The translations under genes were made by a program, and so were the position numbers. Of a stretch of 64,000 bases of DNA, positions 27,403-39,092 are shown piece by piece. The notes beneath the pieces are model-generated. The model saw only the letters and a list, made by a program, of their open reading frames with translations, searched no databases and had not been told where the DNA came from. Position 1 is the first letter of the stretch. Each line of letters starts with the position of its first letter. Origin of the DNA: Octopus sinensis (Eukaryota); the NCBI RefSeq assembly GCF_006345805.1, contig NC_043014.1, positions 54,436,001 to 54,500,000 on the forward strand, written 5' to 3'.

Positions 27403-28749
27403 CTGTGTGGGTTCGAACGTGTGGGTCATAATCGGCACGGTTGTAAAAGAGACGGCCACAAAACTCACACTCTTCGTGACCAAATGTCTGTCGCATCTTC
27501 TGGAAGATCTCCAGAGAAAGTGGACGATAGCCAAGACGCTTTATTATGTCAGAAGCCTTAGAAGATTTGTTATCGGCATCAACATCTTCGGCAGGAAGAT
27601 CTTCTCCGTTTTCATAGTTCTCTCCAGTTTCCGAACTGTTGTTGGGGAGTTTTATCCGCTCGGTCATACCAGTTGTTTTATCTTCTAAATAAGTCGAAGC
27701 AGATTTCTTAGGGTCACTTGAAGTACTTCCTTCTTCCATGGCACTCTCTGAAGAGCTGACAGCAAGCTTGTTATCAGAGGCAGATGCCTCTTCAGTATTA
27801 CTCTCCGCATTCACTGTACATTTTGCTGGTTTCTCTTCAACACTTTCATCCACCTGCATGCTTTCTTCTTTCTTCAAATCATCATCAGTTTTAACAGTTG
27901 AGCTGCCTGCTTCCACGTTCTTCACCTCGGTCATTTCCACATCCGTAGTGGTTGCCACGGAACTGGTACTGGTGCCAGTGCTTGCAGCAAGCGGATCAGA
28001 AGCCACTGTACCAATTTCTTCAACATTAGCAGCAGCCAAAATGTTCGCATCAGTTGAAGACGTGATCAACAACTTTGTGTCAGTGCTGCTGTCTTTACCA
28101 TTGTTGATGGCAACGGCAGAGAGTTCTGGGGGTAGGTTATCGAATTCCTTATCCTGGTCTGGAAGAGCATCGTCAGGTTCTGGCAGATAAAGAGATGCTG
28201 CGATGCTTTGCTCGAAAAGGTTCTCTTCGGTACCGGAATGGACATTGTTTATATGTTCCATCAAACGCACTGTGCTCAAGAACTTGTCCTGGCACACGGC
28301 ACAACAATAAATGACACGATGTTTCAAGAAATGCTTCTCAAGGTAAATTCTTCGACTGGCAGAATAATCGCAGAGTTCGCAATGCTGTACACTTGGAATA
28401 TCACGAATGTCGTGCACAAACAAATGTCTATCTCGATCGATTTTTTTCTTGAACTTGCGATTGCACACGTGGCACTGGTGAATCACCGTGGTGCCACGGT
28501 CTTGCCGTCCTTGCAAGAACTTTGCCAAATACTCTTTACCTTTCCGAGTGTTGCTGTGGTATTTCCGAATGTGGTTCACCAAAGACTTGATGGTGTTGTA
28601 GTCCTTCTTGCACATCTCGCACGCATGTCGGACGTTGCTGTGCGTTGCCTCGTGCTCCAACAGGTGGCTCTTGTTCACCGTCTTAAACGAGCACTTACAA
28701 CAGATGTAAAACTGTCCTGTGTGTTTACGCATGTGTGTGTATAAGTTGC
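27403..28749 (-). CDS. ZFAT: ZFAT-like coding exon 6 (C2H2 array and long acidic spacer)
   Basis: tttgcag| acceptor, G|GTAAGT donor, 1347 nt; HQCHVCNRKFKKKIDRDRHLFVH and YCCAVCQDKFLSTVRL match recalled vertebrate ZFAT motifs (CHICERKFKNELDRDRHMLVH; YVCAVCRKKFVSSIRL). Confidence 0.95.
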
Positions 28750-28900
28750 CTGCAAAACAAGGAAGCAAAATTTACATTCAAATACAATTAGATACACACA
28801 TTTAAGGAATACTCAACCACCTCCCCACCAACAGAAACTGGATCAAACATCTTAACTATTATTCATAATATATTTCATATTATATGTTTATATATGTGGA

Positions 28901-29200
28901 GGCGCAATGGCCCAGTGGTTAGGGCAGTGGACTCGCGGTTGTAGGATCGCAGTTTCGATTCCCAGACTGGGCGTTGCGAGTGTTTATTGAGCAAAAAGAC
29001 ACAAAGTTCCATGCGGTTCTGGCAGGGTTTGGTGGCGACCCCTGCTGTACTCTTTCGCCACAACTTTCTCTCACCCTTTCTTCTGTTGGCCTGCTCACTT
29101 AGCCAGCGGGGTGGCGTCGTTTGAAGGCTAAAACAATGCTAAGCGCATTGTGACCAGCGATGTGTAGCAACATCTGATAGCCTGGTCGATCACGGTGATA
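28901..29200 (+). mobile_element. tRNA-derived SINE (family D)
   Basis: tggcccagtggttag A-box and gtttcgattcc B-box-like head; 3' part recurs at about 59935-60016. Confidence 0.7.
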
Positions 29201-29746
29201 CATATCAGCATGGCTGTGTGGTTAAGAAGCATGCTTTGCAACCATGAGGTTTGGGGTTCAGTCACACTGTGTGGCACGTTGGGCAGTTGTCTCCTGCTAT
29301 AGCCCTGAGACAACCAATGCTTTGGGAATGAACTTGGTGGACAAACACTGAGTGGAAGCCTACCATATATACAGGGTCCTGCAGATAAACTGAGAGTTTT
29401 TACAATGCATAAAACTGGTTACAAATCCTAAAATAACGATAGTAGACAGATATAATTTTAATGTGACATTTCATCATCATCATCACCATCGTTTAACGTC
29501 CGCTTTCCCTGCTAGCATGGGTTGGACGGTTCAACTGGGGTCTGGGAAGCCAGAAGGCTGCACCAGGCCAGTCAGATCTGGCAGAGTTTCTACAGCTGGA
29601 TGCCCTTCCTAACGCCAACCACTCTGTGAGTGTAGTGGGTGCTTTTTATGTGCCACCGACACAGGTTGCTGGTGCCACACCAGGACAGTTAAACTAGGTA
29701 GGCTGGGACAAATTAAGATGTGCCTGTTTTAAGAGCAATTATTTAA

Positions 29747-29957
29747 CCCTTTCGTTACTGTATTCATTTTGAGATGCTCTGTGTTTCTTCCAATTATTTT
29801 AAATATAACGAAGAATTTAGTAAAATAACATCGTTATCATTGAGCTAGTGTTAAGAAGATAAATTGTGACTAAGATTTGGTGGAAGATTTGAATTCAAAA
29901 CTTATGAAAACAAGACAAGAGCCAGAGCCGGTTTCAGCCGGTTTGGTAACGAAAGGG
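29747..29957. mobile_element. piggyBac-like MITE
   Basis: TTAA|CCCTTTCGTTAC...GTAACGAAAGGG|TTAA. Confidence 0.85.
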
Positions 29958-30166
29958 TTAATTGCACCTGACTACATTCTGAGTTCAAATTCCATTGAGA
30001 TCCACTCTGCATTTCATTCTTCAGGGTGTTTTATACAATAAGAATAAGTACCGGTCATGCACTGGGGTTAGTTTAATCAATTGTACCCTTTCTCCTAACT
30101 GTCTGGGTCCAGCACCCATGTTGGAGATCAATCTAACAAATTATGAGAGGACCTTAATTGACTTAC

Positions 30167-30649
30167 CTTTAGAATTGGATGCATAGGTGCATTTTGAACA
30201 TTTGAAGGGTTTCAGGTCGGTGTGGATGAGGCAGTGGAGTCGCATGTGGGACAGCGTCTTGAACACCTTATCGCACGTATTGCATGAGTAGAGTGAGAGT
30301 CCGAACGAACCGGTTCGAGGGGCCGAGGGGGCATTCTCATTAAGGTCCTGTTCAATAACATGGACACGAAACATGTGGTCAACCCCACTCAGATCCACAT
30401 TCAAACTCTGTTCAAAGGCCATTTTCTCCTCCTCCGTATTAAATACTGGAATATCCTGAATGTGATCCTTGGTCTTTTCCACAGCAGTGTCCACTTCCAG
30501 GTTCCCAGACGGCTGGACCGAGCACGGCTGCTGGGTAGAGATAGGGTTGATAGTGCTGGCTTCTTCCTCCTCTTCTGATAAATGAAGCTTGTAATCCTCT
30601 TCATCATCTTTTACGAGAGTCACTTCAGTCTCTTCCTCACTTTCATCAC
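30167..30649 (-). CDS. ZFAT: ZFAT-like coding exon 5 (acidic region and first C2H2 fingers)
   Basis: ttttag| acceptor, G|GTAAGT donor, 483 nt; YSCNTCDKVFKTLSHMRLHCLIHTDLKPFKCSKCTYASNSK resembles the first ZFAT finger cluster. Confidence 0.93.
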
Positions 30650-32147
30650 CTAAAAAAACAAATAAAAATAAAAATATAAACAGCAACCCAACATCATCAT
30701 CATCATCATCGTTTAACGTCTGTTTTCCATGCTGGCATGGGTTGGACAGTTCGACCGGGGTCTGGGAAGCCAGGAGGCTGCACCAAGCTCCAGTCTGATC
30801 TGGCAGTGTTTCTACGGCTTGATGCCCTTCCTAATGCCAACCACTCGGTGAGTGTAGTGGGTGCTTTTTACGTGCCAGAGGAGGCTGGCAAACGGTCACG
30901 ATAGGTTGGTGCTTTTACGTAACACCGACACGGACGCCAGTCGGGACTCAAATTACACTTTACGGTCACCAGTCAATAAGGGGAAACCAGAAACAAGGCG
31001 CTGATTCTCAAGAGACTTCCTGGAACTTTCTCTCTCCCTGACACTCATGCAAACAAGAGTAATAAATAATTACTAAGTACTTTGGATCTAGGATATAATA
31101 AACTCTATTGCTTCAAGGAAGTGCTACAGCAGGACCACTGTCCATTGGCAGAAATTATTAAAAGAATAAAGCAAAGAATGAACCATCCTTGTCTTTTCCA
31201 TCCTTGCATGGGTCAAACAGGAATTTGTTGAGGCAGCTCGACGCCTTTGCTGTTGCCAACCCTCACCTGTTTCAAAGTGATGTTTCCCCACAGGCAGATA
31301 CATTTTTTTTTTATTCAAGACTGGAAACAAATACTCTGCTCATATGTTTACAACTACCATGTGGCATCAACACAAGGAGAATCACACACGGGGCTTCTTT
31401 CAGTTTCCGCTTACCAAAACCACTCACAAGTCTTTGCTTGGCTCAGAGCTGTTGGAAGAGACTTGCCTAAGATGCTGTGCAGTGGTACTGAACCTAAAAT
31501 CTTCTGGCTGGGAAGCAAACACTTTGACCACACAGCCATGCCAATCAGATAAAGTTTATTTTTATTTTTCCATATTCTCTGTAGAATGTTCTACAACCTT
31601 TTACAGTCTGTTCCAGTTTTAGAATACCGAAGAATAGAGAGACTTTTTTCTGCGTAGGGTGTTTTTATCAGCAAAGCAACCTCAAAGATGTTCCTTTGAT
31701 CTGCTTTATATAAATAAAACAACCAGGTTCAGGCGTAGCTGTGGGGTTAAGGATTTTACTTCCTAACTATATGGTTCCAGGTTCAAGATCACTGCATGGC
31801 ACCAGTGGCAAGTGTGTTCTACTATAGCCTTAGGCTGTCCAAAGCCTTCTGTCTACCGAATCCAAAGTGGATTCGGTAGACAGAAACTGAAATACATCAC
31901 ACACACATGAATGTGTATCTGTGTATTTGTTTGTCCCCCAACCCCCACTTGGTAATCACTGTTGGTTTGTATAAATTCCTGTAACTTAGTGGTTCAGCAA
32001 AAGAGACTAACAGAATAAGTACCAGATGTACAAAAAATAAGTACTGGGGTCAATTTGTTTGACTAAATCCTTCAGGGTGGTGCCCCAGCATGGCCAGGAT
32101 CCGATAACCGAACCAAGTAAAAGATAAAAGATAAAAATAAAACTCAC

Positions 32148-32279
32148 CTTCAATTTTGACAACATCCTTTTTGGAAATATCCACATAGTCCGAAGTAGCC
32201 AGGCATTTGTGTGTGATGAAATAACGCTCTTTGGGGAACGCACGTTTACACCGTGCGCAATGGTATTTCCCATCTTTAC
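32148..32279 (-). CDS. ZFAT: ZFAT-like coding exon 4, atypical C2HC-like finger
   Basis: cattag| acceptor, G|GTGAGT donor, 132 nt; GKDGKYHCARCKRAFPKERYFITHKCLATSDYVDISKKDVVKIE. Confidence 0.85.
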
Positions 32280-32376
32280 CTAATGATGAAAAAAAAAGGG
32301 GGGGATGAAATACATAAAAGAAAACAAGGTTAAAATTAGTTTAAAAGGAAAACCTCTTCGGTTTAATGCCATAGAG

Positions 32377-32555
32377 CAGTGCTTTTCAACCTTTTTGCTG
32401 GAGCGGAACCCCAAGGAAACATTCCACTGGCTCGAGGAACCCCTGTGCAATAATTTAATAGTCTTATGCACACATATCTGCACAGGAGAATTAAAAATTA
32501 CTGTCGATTTTAGCATTTTTGTAACTTCTTGCGGAACCCTGGTTGAAAACCACTG
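32377..32555. mobile_element. hAT-like MITE (same family, opposite orientation)
   Basis: CAGTGCTTTTCAACC...GGTTGAAAACCACTG termini with perfect 8-bp TSD CCATAGAG. Confidence 0.88.
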
Positions 32556-32569
32556 CCATAGAGAATGAA

Positions 32570-33030
32570 ACGGTTAGATGACTTGAGAGACTTGGGATGA
32601 ATGGGAAAATATTTAAACTGGGGGACAAATAGGTGTGAGTAAGCATCTTGAGAGAAAAGGTGGGCATAAGAGGCATCAGATGTGGTGCGCAAAAGAAATG
32701 GCTGCGCTGGTATGGTCATGTGATGTGCATGGACGAGGACAGTTGTGTAAAGAAGTGCCAATCTCTAACTGTGGAGGGAACCTGAGGTAGAAGTAGACCC
32801 AGGAAGACATGGGATGAGGTGGTGAAGCATGATCTTTGAATTTTGGGCCTCACGGAGGCAATGACTAGCGATTGAGACTTTTGGTGATGAGCTGTGCTTG
32901 AGAAGACCTGTCAAGGCCAGGTGAAACCGTAGTCGCGGTTGACGCTGGTGTCACATGACCGGCACCAGTGCCGATTGGCATGTAAAAGAACACCTTTTGA
33001 GCATTGGGCCTCATAGAGGCAAGGAGGCAT
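32570..33030 (+). mobile_element. RTE LINE 3' fragment
   Basis: LRWYGHVMCMDEDSCVKKC..LTVEGT..RPRKTW motif. Confidence 0.75.
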
Positions 33031-33478
33031 GTCAAAAGCACTTTGAAGGATAAAGTGTTAGGACAGGTAACAACAGACACAGGTAGTTTATTCCATGATT
33101 TGACGTAAAAAGCACGATCTGTTTGTGGCCGTTTGCCAGGCTGGCCTGGCCCCCGTGCCAGTGGAAAGTAAAAAGCACCATCCGATCGTGGCTGTTTGCC
33201 AACCTCGTCTGGCACCTGTGCCGGTGGCACGTAAAAAGCACCCACTACAATCACGGAGTGGTTGGTGTTAGGAAGGGCATCCAGCTGTAGAAACACTGCC
33301 AGATCAGACTGGGCCTGGTGCAGCCTTCTGGCTTCCCAGACCCCAGTTGAACCGTCCAACCCATGCTAGCATGGAAAGCGGACGCTAAACGATAATGAAA
33401 GTGAAAAGAATGTTCCTGAAAGTCATGGGGGCTGTAGATTGTACCCATTGAATAATAAATTGAATCCTTGTTTGTTAC

Positions 33479-33574
33479 CTTTCTCGGGGATTGGCAGTCT
33501 TTGCGGCTCTTTAGGGACAGCATCCCTTTGGACATTCTTCTCTTCTCCTTTTCTGGGTCTTCCACGACGACGGC
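33479..33574 (-). CDS. ZFAT: ZFAT-like coding exon 3, AT-hook
   Basis: tgtag| acceptor, G|GTAACA donor, 96 nt; phase-1 translation GRRRGRPRKGEEKNVQRDAVPKEPQRLPIPEK contains the AT-hook RGRP core. Confidence 0.85.
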
Positions 33575-33864
33575 CTACATCAAATATAGAAAGGTAGATG
33601 AGATTTTATAATATATACATACATACACACACACACACACATCTCTCTTACTTGTTTCAGTCATTTGACTGTGGCCAGACTGGAGCACTGCATTCAGTCG
33701 AGCAAATCGACCCCAGGACTTATTCTTTGTAAGCCTGGTACTTATTCTATCGGTCTCTGTTGCCGAACCGCTAAGTGACGGGGACGTAAACACACCAGCA
33801 TCGGTTGCCAAGCAATGCTAGCGGGACAAACACAGACACACAAACATATACGCACACATACAAT

Positions 33865-33909
<45 letters not shown>

Positions 33910-34184
33910 CATATATATACACATATATATATATACATATATACGACAGGCTTCTTTCAGTTTCCGTCTACCAAAACCACTCACAAGGCTGTGGTCGGCC
34001 CGGGGCTATAGCAGAAGACACTTGCCCAAGATGCCACGCAGTGGGACTGAACCCGGAACCATGTGGTTGGTTAGCAAGCTACTTACCACACAGCCACTCC
34101 TGTGCCTTGTTCACATAATTTATTACAATATATTAAAAAAAAAAAAGTTGAAAAAATAAAAATTAACCGAACCTCCTGACTCAC

Positions 34185-34505
34185 CAGTTGAGCTGGGGGT
34201 AGTGGTGGTGGTTGTGGCTGTGGTGGTGGTGGCGGCGGTGATGGGTGTGGTGGTGGTTGTGGTGGTGGTAGTAGTGGCAAGAGGTTGAACTGTTGGAGGT
34301 GTCTTTGATTGTAATTGCTCTACGTTAACAGACTGGTTGAGGGCGTCCAGTATCGGCTGGACGGCCGCTGCACTGCTGTTGCTGTCCTGTGGAGAGGTGA
34401 TGATGACCACGGCTTTCGTATCGGATGAGTTCTCTCCGGTCACCATGGCAGCCTGAGCCACTTGGGACAGTAGGTCAGCTGACCCAACATTTACAGATTC
34501 TTCAA
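34185..34505 (-). CDS. ZFAT: ZFAT-like coding exon 2 (Thr-rich low-complexity linker)
   Basis: tttccag| acceptor, G|GTGAGT donor, 321 nt keeps phase 1; in frame with ORF 34123..34461. Confidence 0.85.
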
Positions 34506-34609
34506 CTGGAAAATAAAGAAATAAAAAATAAAATGAAATTTATACAAAAAAAATAAAAAATGGGGGGAGTGAAGAGACCCTAGTACGAAGATGGATGAAC
34601 GTAAATTAT

Positions 34610-35170
34610 TCTTTTCTACTCTAGGCACAAGGCTTGAACCTTTTGGGGAGGTGGGGAGGAGCAGACATTTAGATCGACCCAGTACGCAACTGGTATTTAA
34701 TTTATCGACCCCGAAGGGATGAAAGGCAAAGTCGACCTTGGAAGAATTTGAACTCAGAACACAAAGACAGATGAAATACCTATTTCTTTATTGCCCACAA
34801 GGACAGACAAATGGATAAAATCGATTACATCGACCCCAGTGCGCAACTGGTACTTAATTTATCGACCCCCAAAGGATGAAAGGCAAAGTCGACCTCGGCT
34901 GAATTTGAACTCAGAATGTAGCGGCAGATGAAATACCTATTTCTTTTCTACCCACAAGGGTCTAAACACAGAGGGGACAAACAAGGACAGATAATCAGAT
35001 TAAGTCGATTATATGGACCCCAGTGCGTAACTGGTACTTAATTTATCGACCCCGAAAGGATGAAAGGCAAAGTCGACCTTGGTGGAATTTGAACTCAGAA
35101 CATAGCAGCAGACGAAATACCGATAAGCATTTTGCCCGGCGTGCTAACAATTCTGCCAGCTCGCTGCCTT
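34610..35170 (-). mobile_element. SINE family B, tandemly reiterated (other copies: 1260-1460, 5185-5410, 7205-7418, 41580-41802, 60800-61190)
   Basis: Repeated atcgaccccgaaaggatgaaaggcaaagtcgacctcggcggaatttgaactcagaac with B-box-like gagttcaaattcc on the minus strand. Confidence 0.8.
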
Positions 35171-35485
35171 AAAGGCAAAGTCAAGCCAGACAGTATTTGA
35201 ACACAGGGATGTAAAAACTGGAACAAATACCACAAAAGCACTTTTTCCAGCTCAGTAAGGATTCTTCCAGGTTGCCCTAAGGTGATCAATTATTGATTAC
35301 CAAAATCCTAAGTTGAAAACCTATAAGAAATTGAAACCTTCATCTTTTGGTGTTTCAGTTTTTCAATCTGAAAACAGAAGCACTTCATGGCTCTGGTGAG
35401 AGAAACTTAATCAGTGTTTGAGGAAAGAGATGGTCAACCCATTTGATGCCAGACCCACCAGGGACCACCTTTGGTTCTCATCAAA

Positions 35486-35838
35486 TCTTTATATATAGAA
35501 GTCAAGTTGTGTGTCTGTCTCCTGCGATTTAGATTCCTAACTACTCCCACATTTTGCGGTGCAGTTTAACCAAAACCGGGTATCTTATAGTCGTGATTCA
35601 TATCAAGCCCTTCTGGGTATTAGCGCACGTCTACGATTTAAAAAAAAATTTACCATCATAATGCATTTTTTTCGCTATTATATAAGGGAAGTAACTCTCT
35701 AAAAATGTCTACAATGAGTCAACGATTTAAAAAAAAATTTACCATAATTTTTTTTCCATTTTTTTGCTATAACTCTCTAAAAATGCTTATATAGTTATTT
35801 CCCTTACAAACCCGAGCAACGCCGGGCGATACTGCTAG
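35486..35838 (+). mobile_element. Non-autonomous Helitron-like element
   Basis: A|TC 5' end, 3' hairpin cccg-agcaacgc-cggg followed by CTAG|T, no TSD. Confidence 0.7.
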
Positions 35839-36236
35839 TTATATATAAAGACCTGTTTAAAAATTCACATTTAAATTAAAAGAAGTGTGTACATTAGGGA
35901 GTAAGGACAGATTGAAGATTGGTTTTGGTATCTGAGGAATGCAAAACCCATGAATTTGCTCTCCAGATCAACAACCTTTGCCACAGATTTACTCAAACAA
36001 GTGGGCAGGTTTTGTTTTTTTTGTTTTCTAATAAACTTTAAGAGAGGGCAGCATACATGACTATTTTCAGGACCCCTGAGAATGTCAAGAGGAAAAGAGA
36101 AAGGTAATCTCAGAACGGGGACTGGTGACCAAATATTTGCAACATATCAATTCCTACAGTTCTATATTTAAGAGATGAGGAATTAATAAACATTATTTAC
36201 ATTTGATGGATATTTGTCCTCATCTTGTTTGTTGTT

Positions 36237-36282
36237 AACACAACGTTTCAGCTGATATACCCTCCAGCCTTCATCAGGTGTC
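36237..36282 (-). ncRNA. Minimal type I hammerhead motif in a Penelope-like pseudo-LTR
   Basis: GACAC CTGATGA aGGCTG gagggtatat CAGCT GAAAC GTT GTGTT; palindromic AACGTT in place of stem III as in dimer-acting minimal hammerheads. Confidence 0.65.
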
Positions 36283-36486
36283 TTGGGGGAATTTCAAACC
36301 TGGGTTCTTATTCCTAAGGTATTTTTCAATATTATTATTATTATTATTATTATTCAGGTCACTGCCTGGAATCGAACTTGGAATCTTGGGGTTATTTTAC
36401 GAAATTCTTCATTCCTTTCAAAATTTCTTGAAATAAAGACAACCTCTTCCAACAGAACTCTAGCAATAAAGAATTAAACAACTTAC

Positions 36487-36685
36487 CTGGGGTACACTGC
36501 AAGGCATCGGCGAATTTAATTGAGTCATCAGAGTTTAGAGTTATTGGCACTTCAACTGCTTCAGGTGTGACATCAACTGCTGGTTCCGGCGCTTCGGGAG
36601 CGCATTCTTTCTTGTGAATGATGAACAGTTCAATGTCATTGAAGTTGCCTTGGCATTGACCACAAATGAATGTGTCCAAAGGCAT
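36487..36685 (-). CDS. ZFAT: ZFAT-like coding exon 1 (ATG 36685; exon acceptor at 36692), atypical N-terminal zinc finger CGQC...HKKEC
   Basis: ttttccag|ataaacgATG acceptor; MPLDTFICGQCQGNFNDIELFIIHKKEC...; donor G|GTAAGT after 36487; 199 nt, phase 1. Confidence 0.85.
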
Positions 36686-38499
36686 CGTTTATCTGGAAAA
36701 AAAGAAAAAAAAAAGCAGGAACTTATTATCATAACCATAATTCTTTATCTAACATCTTGTGATATTTATGGGTTGGATGTAGGTCAGGTTAGGTATGGAG
36801 GGCATCTTTCTGAGTTCAAATTCCGCTGAGGTCGACTCTGCCTTTCATCCTTTCGGGGTTGATAAATTAAGTACCAGTTACGCACTGGGGTCGATGTAAT
36901 TGACTTAATCCGTTTGTCTGTCCTTGTTTGTCCTCTCTGTGCTTAGCCCCTTGTGGGTAGTAAAGAAATAGGTATGGAGGGCATCCACTGTTGCAGTGTG
37001 TCCCTGTATCCACCATTTGTCAGTATCTGCTCAGGTCATCCCAGGCAACCCACCAAGCTGTGTTCCAGTTAGTCCTCATCACTGTGAGGTACTTCCTCAT
37101 CCACATGAGACATGCGAAGTCTTAAAGAGACTTGGGCGAACTGGTGCAGTTGTGAACTCACTGGACAAGAGTGTTTGGCGCCACCAATATCTGAGTAGGA
37201 GGACATCTTCAGGTTTCTGGTATTCCCTGACTTGCTCTACAGTTGCAAGACTTGGACACTGTCCAGAGCCCTTAGGACACACCTGAACTCCTTTGGTTGA
37301 ATGTGTATATGACATATCAGTTCTTAGGTCTCTCATGGCCCCTAAGATTATGGCTGCAGCTTAATACATTTTTTGTATACCAGTAATTCACAGGGTTAAC
37401 TTCCCAGCTACTGGTGGGACCTATTTACAGCTAAGTGGACTGGAACAACGTGAAATGAAGCGTTTTGCTCAACAACACAATGTATCTTCCAGTTCCATAA
37501 TCAAAAGCAGGACCCTAAGATCCCTGGTTTTCATACACCCTAACCACAAGGTCAAGCACCTTCACTTGTGTTAAAAACCATGTGAGGGCTTCACAATCAC
37601 AGGGATCTAGGTTCAATCCCACAGCAAGGCCCTTTCAACAAGTGTCTTCTACTCTAGTTCCAGGTCTATAATTACAGACACACTGGTCAGTCTCTCATTA
37701 GTTGGTCAGAGATGTTTGAGATGACAGGATAATACGGCCAAGCATCATCTTTCCCCCCCTTACTGGCCCCTGCCTCTTTGCATGGTTCCCCATCCGTGTA
37801 TTACCCTATACATGCACCCGTGTGGTTCACCTTCCATACATCCCTTTTAGACCCCATCCCACCCCATTGATCCTACTTCCTTATTGTGCAACTCCTGCCA
37901 CAGGACAACTTTCCCTACCAAACCATTGAACCTTCTGGTATCACTTTGGTGGGGTCACTTTCTTCACTTTCTCTTATATTAGACCTTCCTGCCGCATGGG
38001 GCCACTTTTGTGGGCATGCCCTTCTTCACCTCTGTTTAGTTCACTTCATTGGACAACTTTGCAGTTCAGCCCCAAAACCCTCCCCCATTCTAATCGGATG
38101 GTTCCCCACAGATCAACCGCATCGACATTACAGCCAATTCTCTCATTTGCCACTACTAAATAATTCATTTATTAATGAATCGGTTACTGTCACTGTTGTA
38201 ACAATTATGTTATTATTGTTATTAGTATTATTATTATTATTATTGCAGTTGTTCTTATCATCATCATCATCTATATATTGATACAATAGCAACCTGTGTG
38301 TCACATTCCAAATTGGAACAAAATCAAAAACCTAATCTATTAAAGAGAAGACATTTATATTATTCATAAGACAGATAAATAAATCATCCACCATGGAAAG
38401 CAAATTTGACATTTGCTTTCCTGGCTGGCAGGAGCTCTACAGCAGGATGCGCTTCCTAATTTGTACAGAGGTACAAATACATATTTTAAATTAAGTATG

Positions 38500-39092
38500 G
38501 TAGACACTTTCAGCTGATATACCCTCCAGCCTTCATCGAGTGTCTTGGGGAAATTTCGAACCTGGGTTCTCATTCCTAAGATATTTTTTCGATGTTATTA
38601 TTATTTACGTCAAATCGTCCAACCCATGCCAGCATGGAAAGCAGACGTTAAACAATGATGATGATTATTATTATTATTCAGGTCACTGCCTGAAATCAAA
38701 CTCGGAATCTTGGGTTTAGTAGCCTGCGCTCTTAACCACTATGCTATATGCCCGTGGGCAAATATGGAGTGAATTTTAGAGCTTATAAATCTAATATTTT
38801 TCTATCCTTCCTTAATACTGGTTCCCATATGCTGCTCATATCTGCACTCGGTCTACTTAGGGGGTTGTTGTGTCCTTGCATACGTGCTGCTTCTTTTACT
38901 TTTTGTATTTTCCAGCGGTGTTCCCTGTCTATTATTTTAACTTCATCCAACAGGGGGAGATGGTCACCCCCTGTGATGAAGGCTGGAGGGTATATCAGCC
39001 AAAATGTTGTACTAACAACAAACAAGATGAGGACAAATATCCGTCAAATGTAAATAGTGTACATAATTCCTCATCTCTTAAATATAGAACTG
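38500..39092 (-). mobile_element. Penelope-like element 3' fragment (GIY-YIG C-terminal region) with inverted pseudo-LTR copy
   Basis: Minus ORF DEVKIIDREHRWKIQKVKEAARMQGHNNPLSRPS...IWEPVL resembles PLE endonuclease C-termini; degenerate hammerhead repeats at about 38508-38543 (-) and 38972-39010 (+). Confidence 0.65.

Noticed and set aside
27738-28744. Plus-strand ORFs of 150 and 178 aa
   Set aside because: Antisense shadows of ZFAT-like exon 6
33251-33565. ORF MEDPEKEKRRMSK...
   Set aside because: Wrong frame of the AT-hook exon; splice phase gives GRRRGRPRK
34660-35100. Regularly spaced direct repeats resembling a CRISPR array (also 43470-43800)
   Set aside because: Eukaryotic context, spacers not unique, no cas genes; tandem SINE subunits
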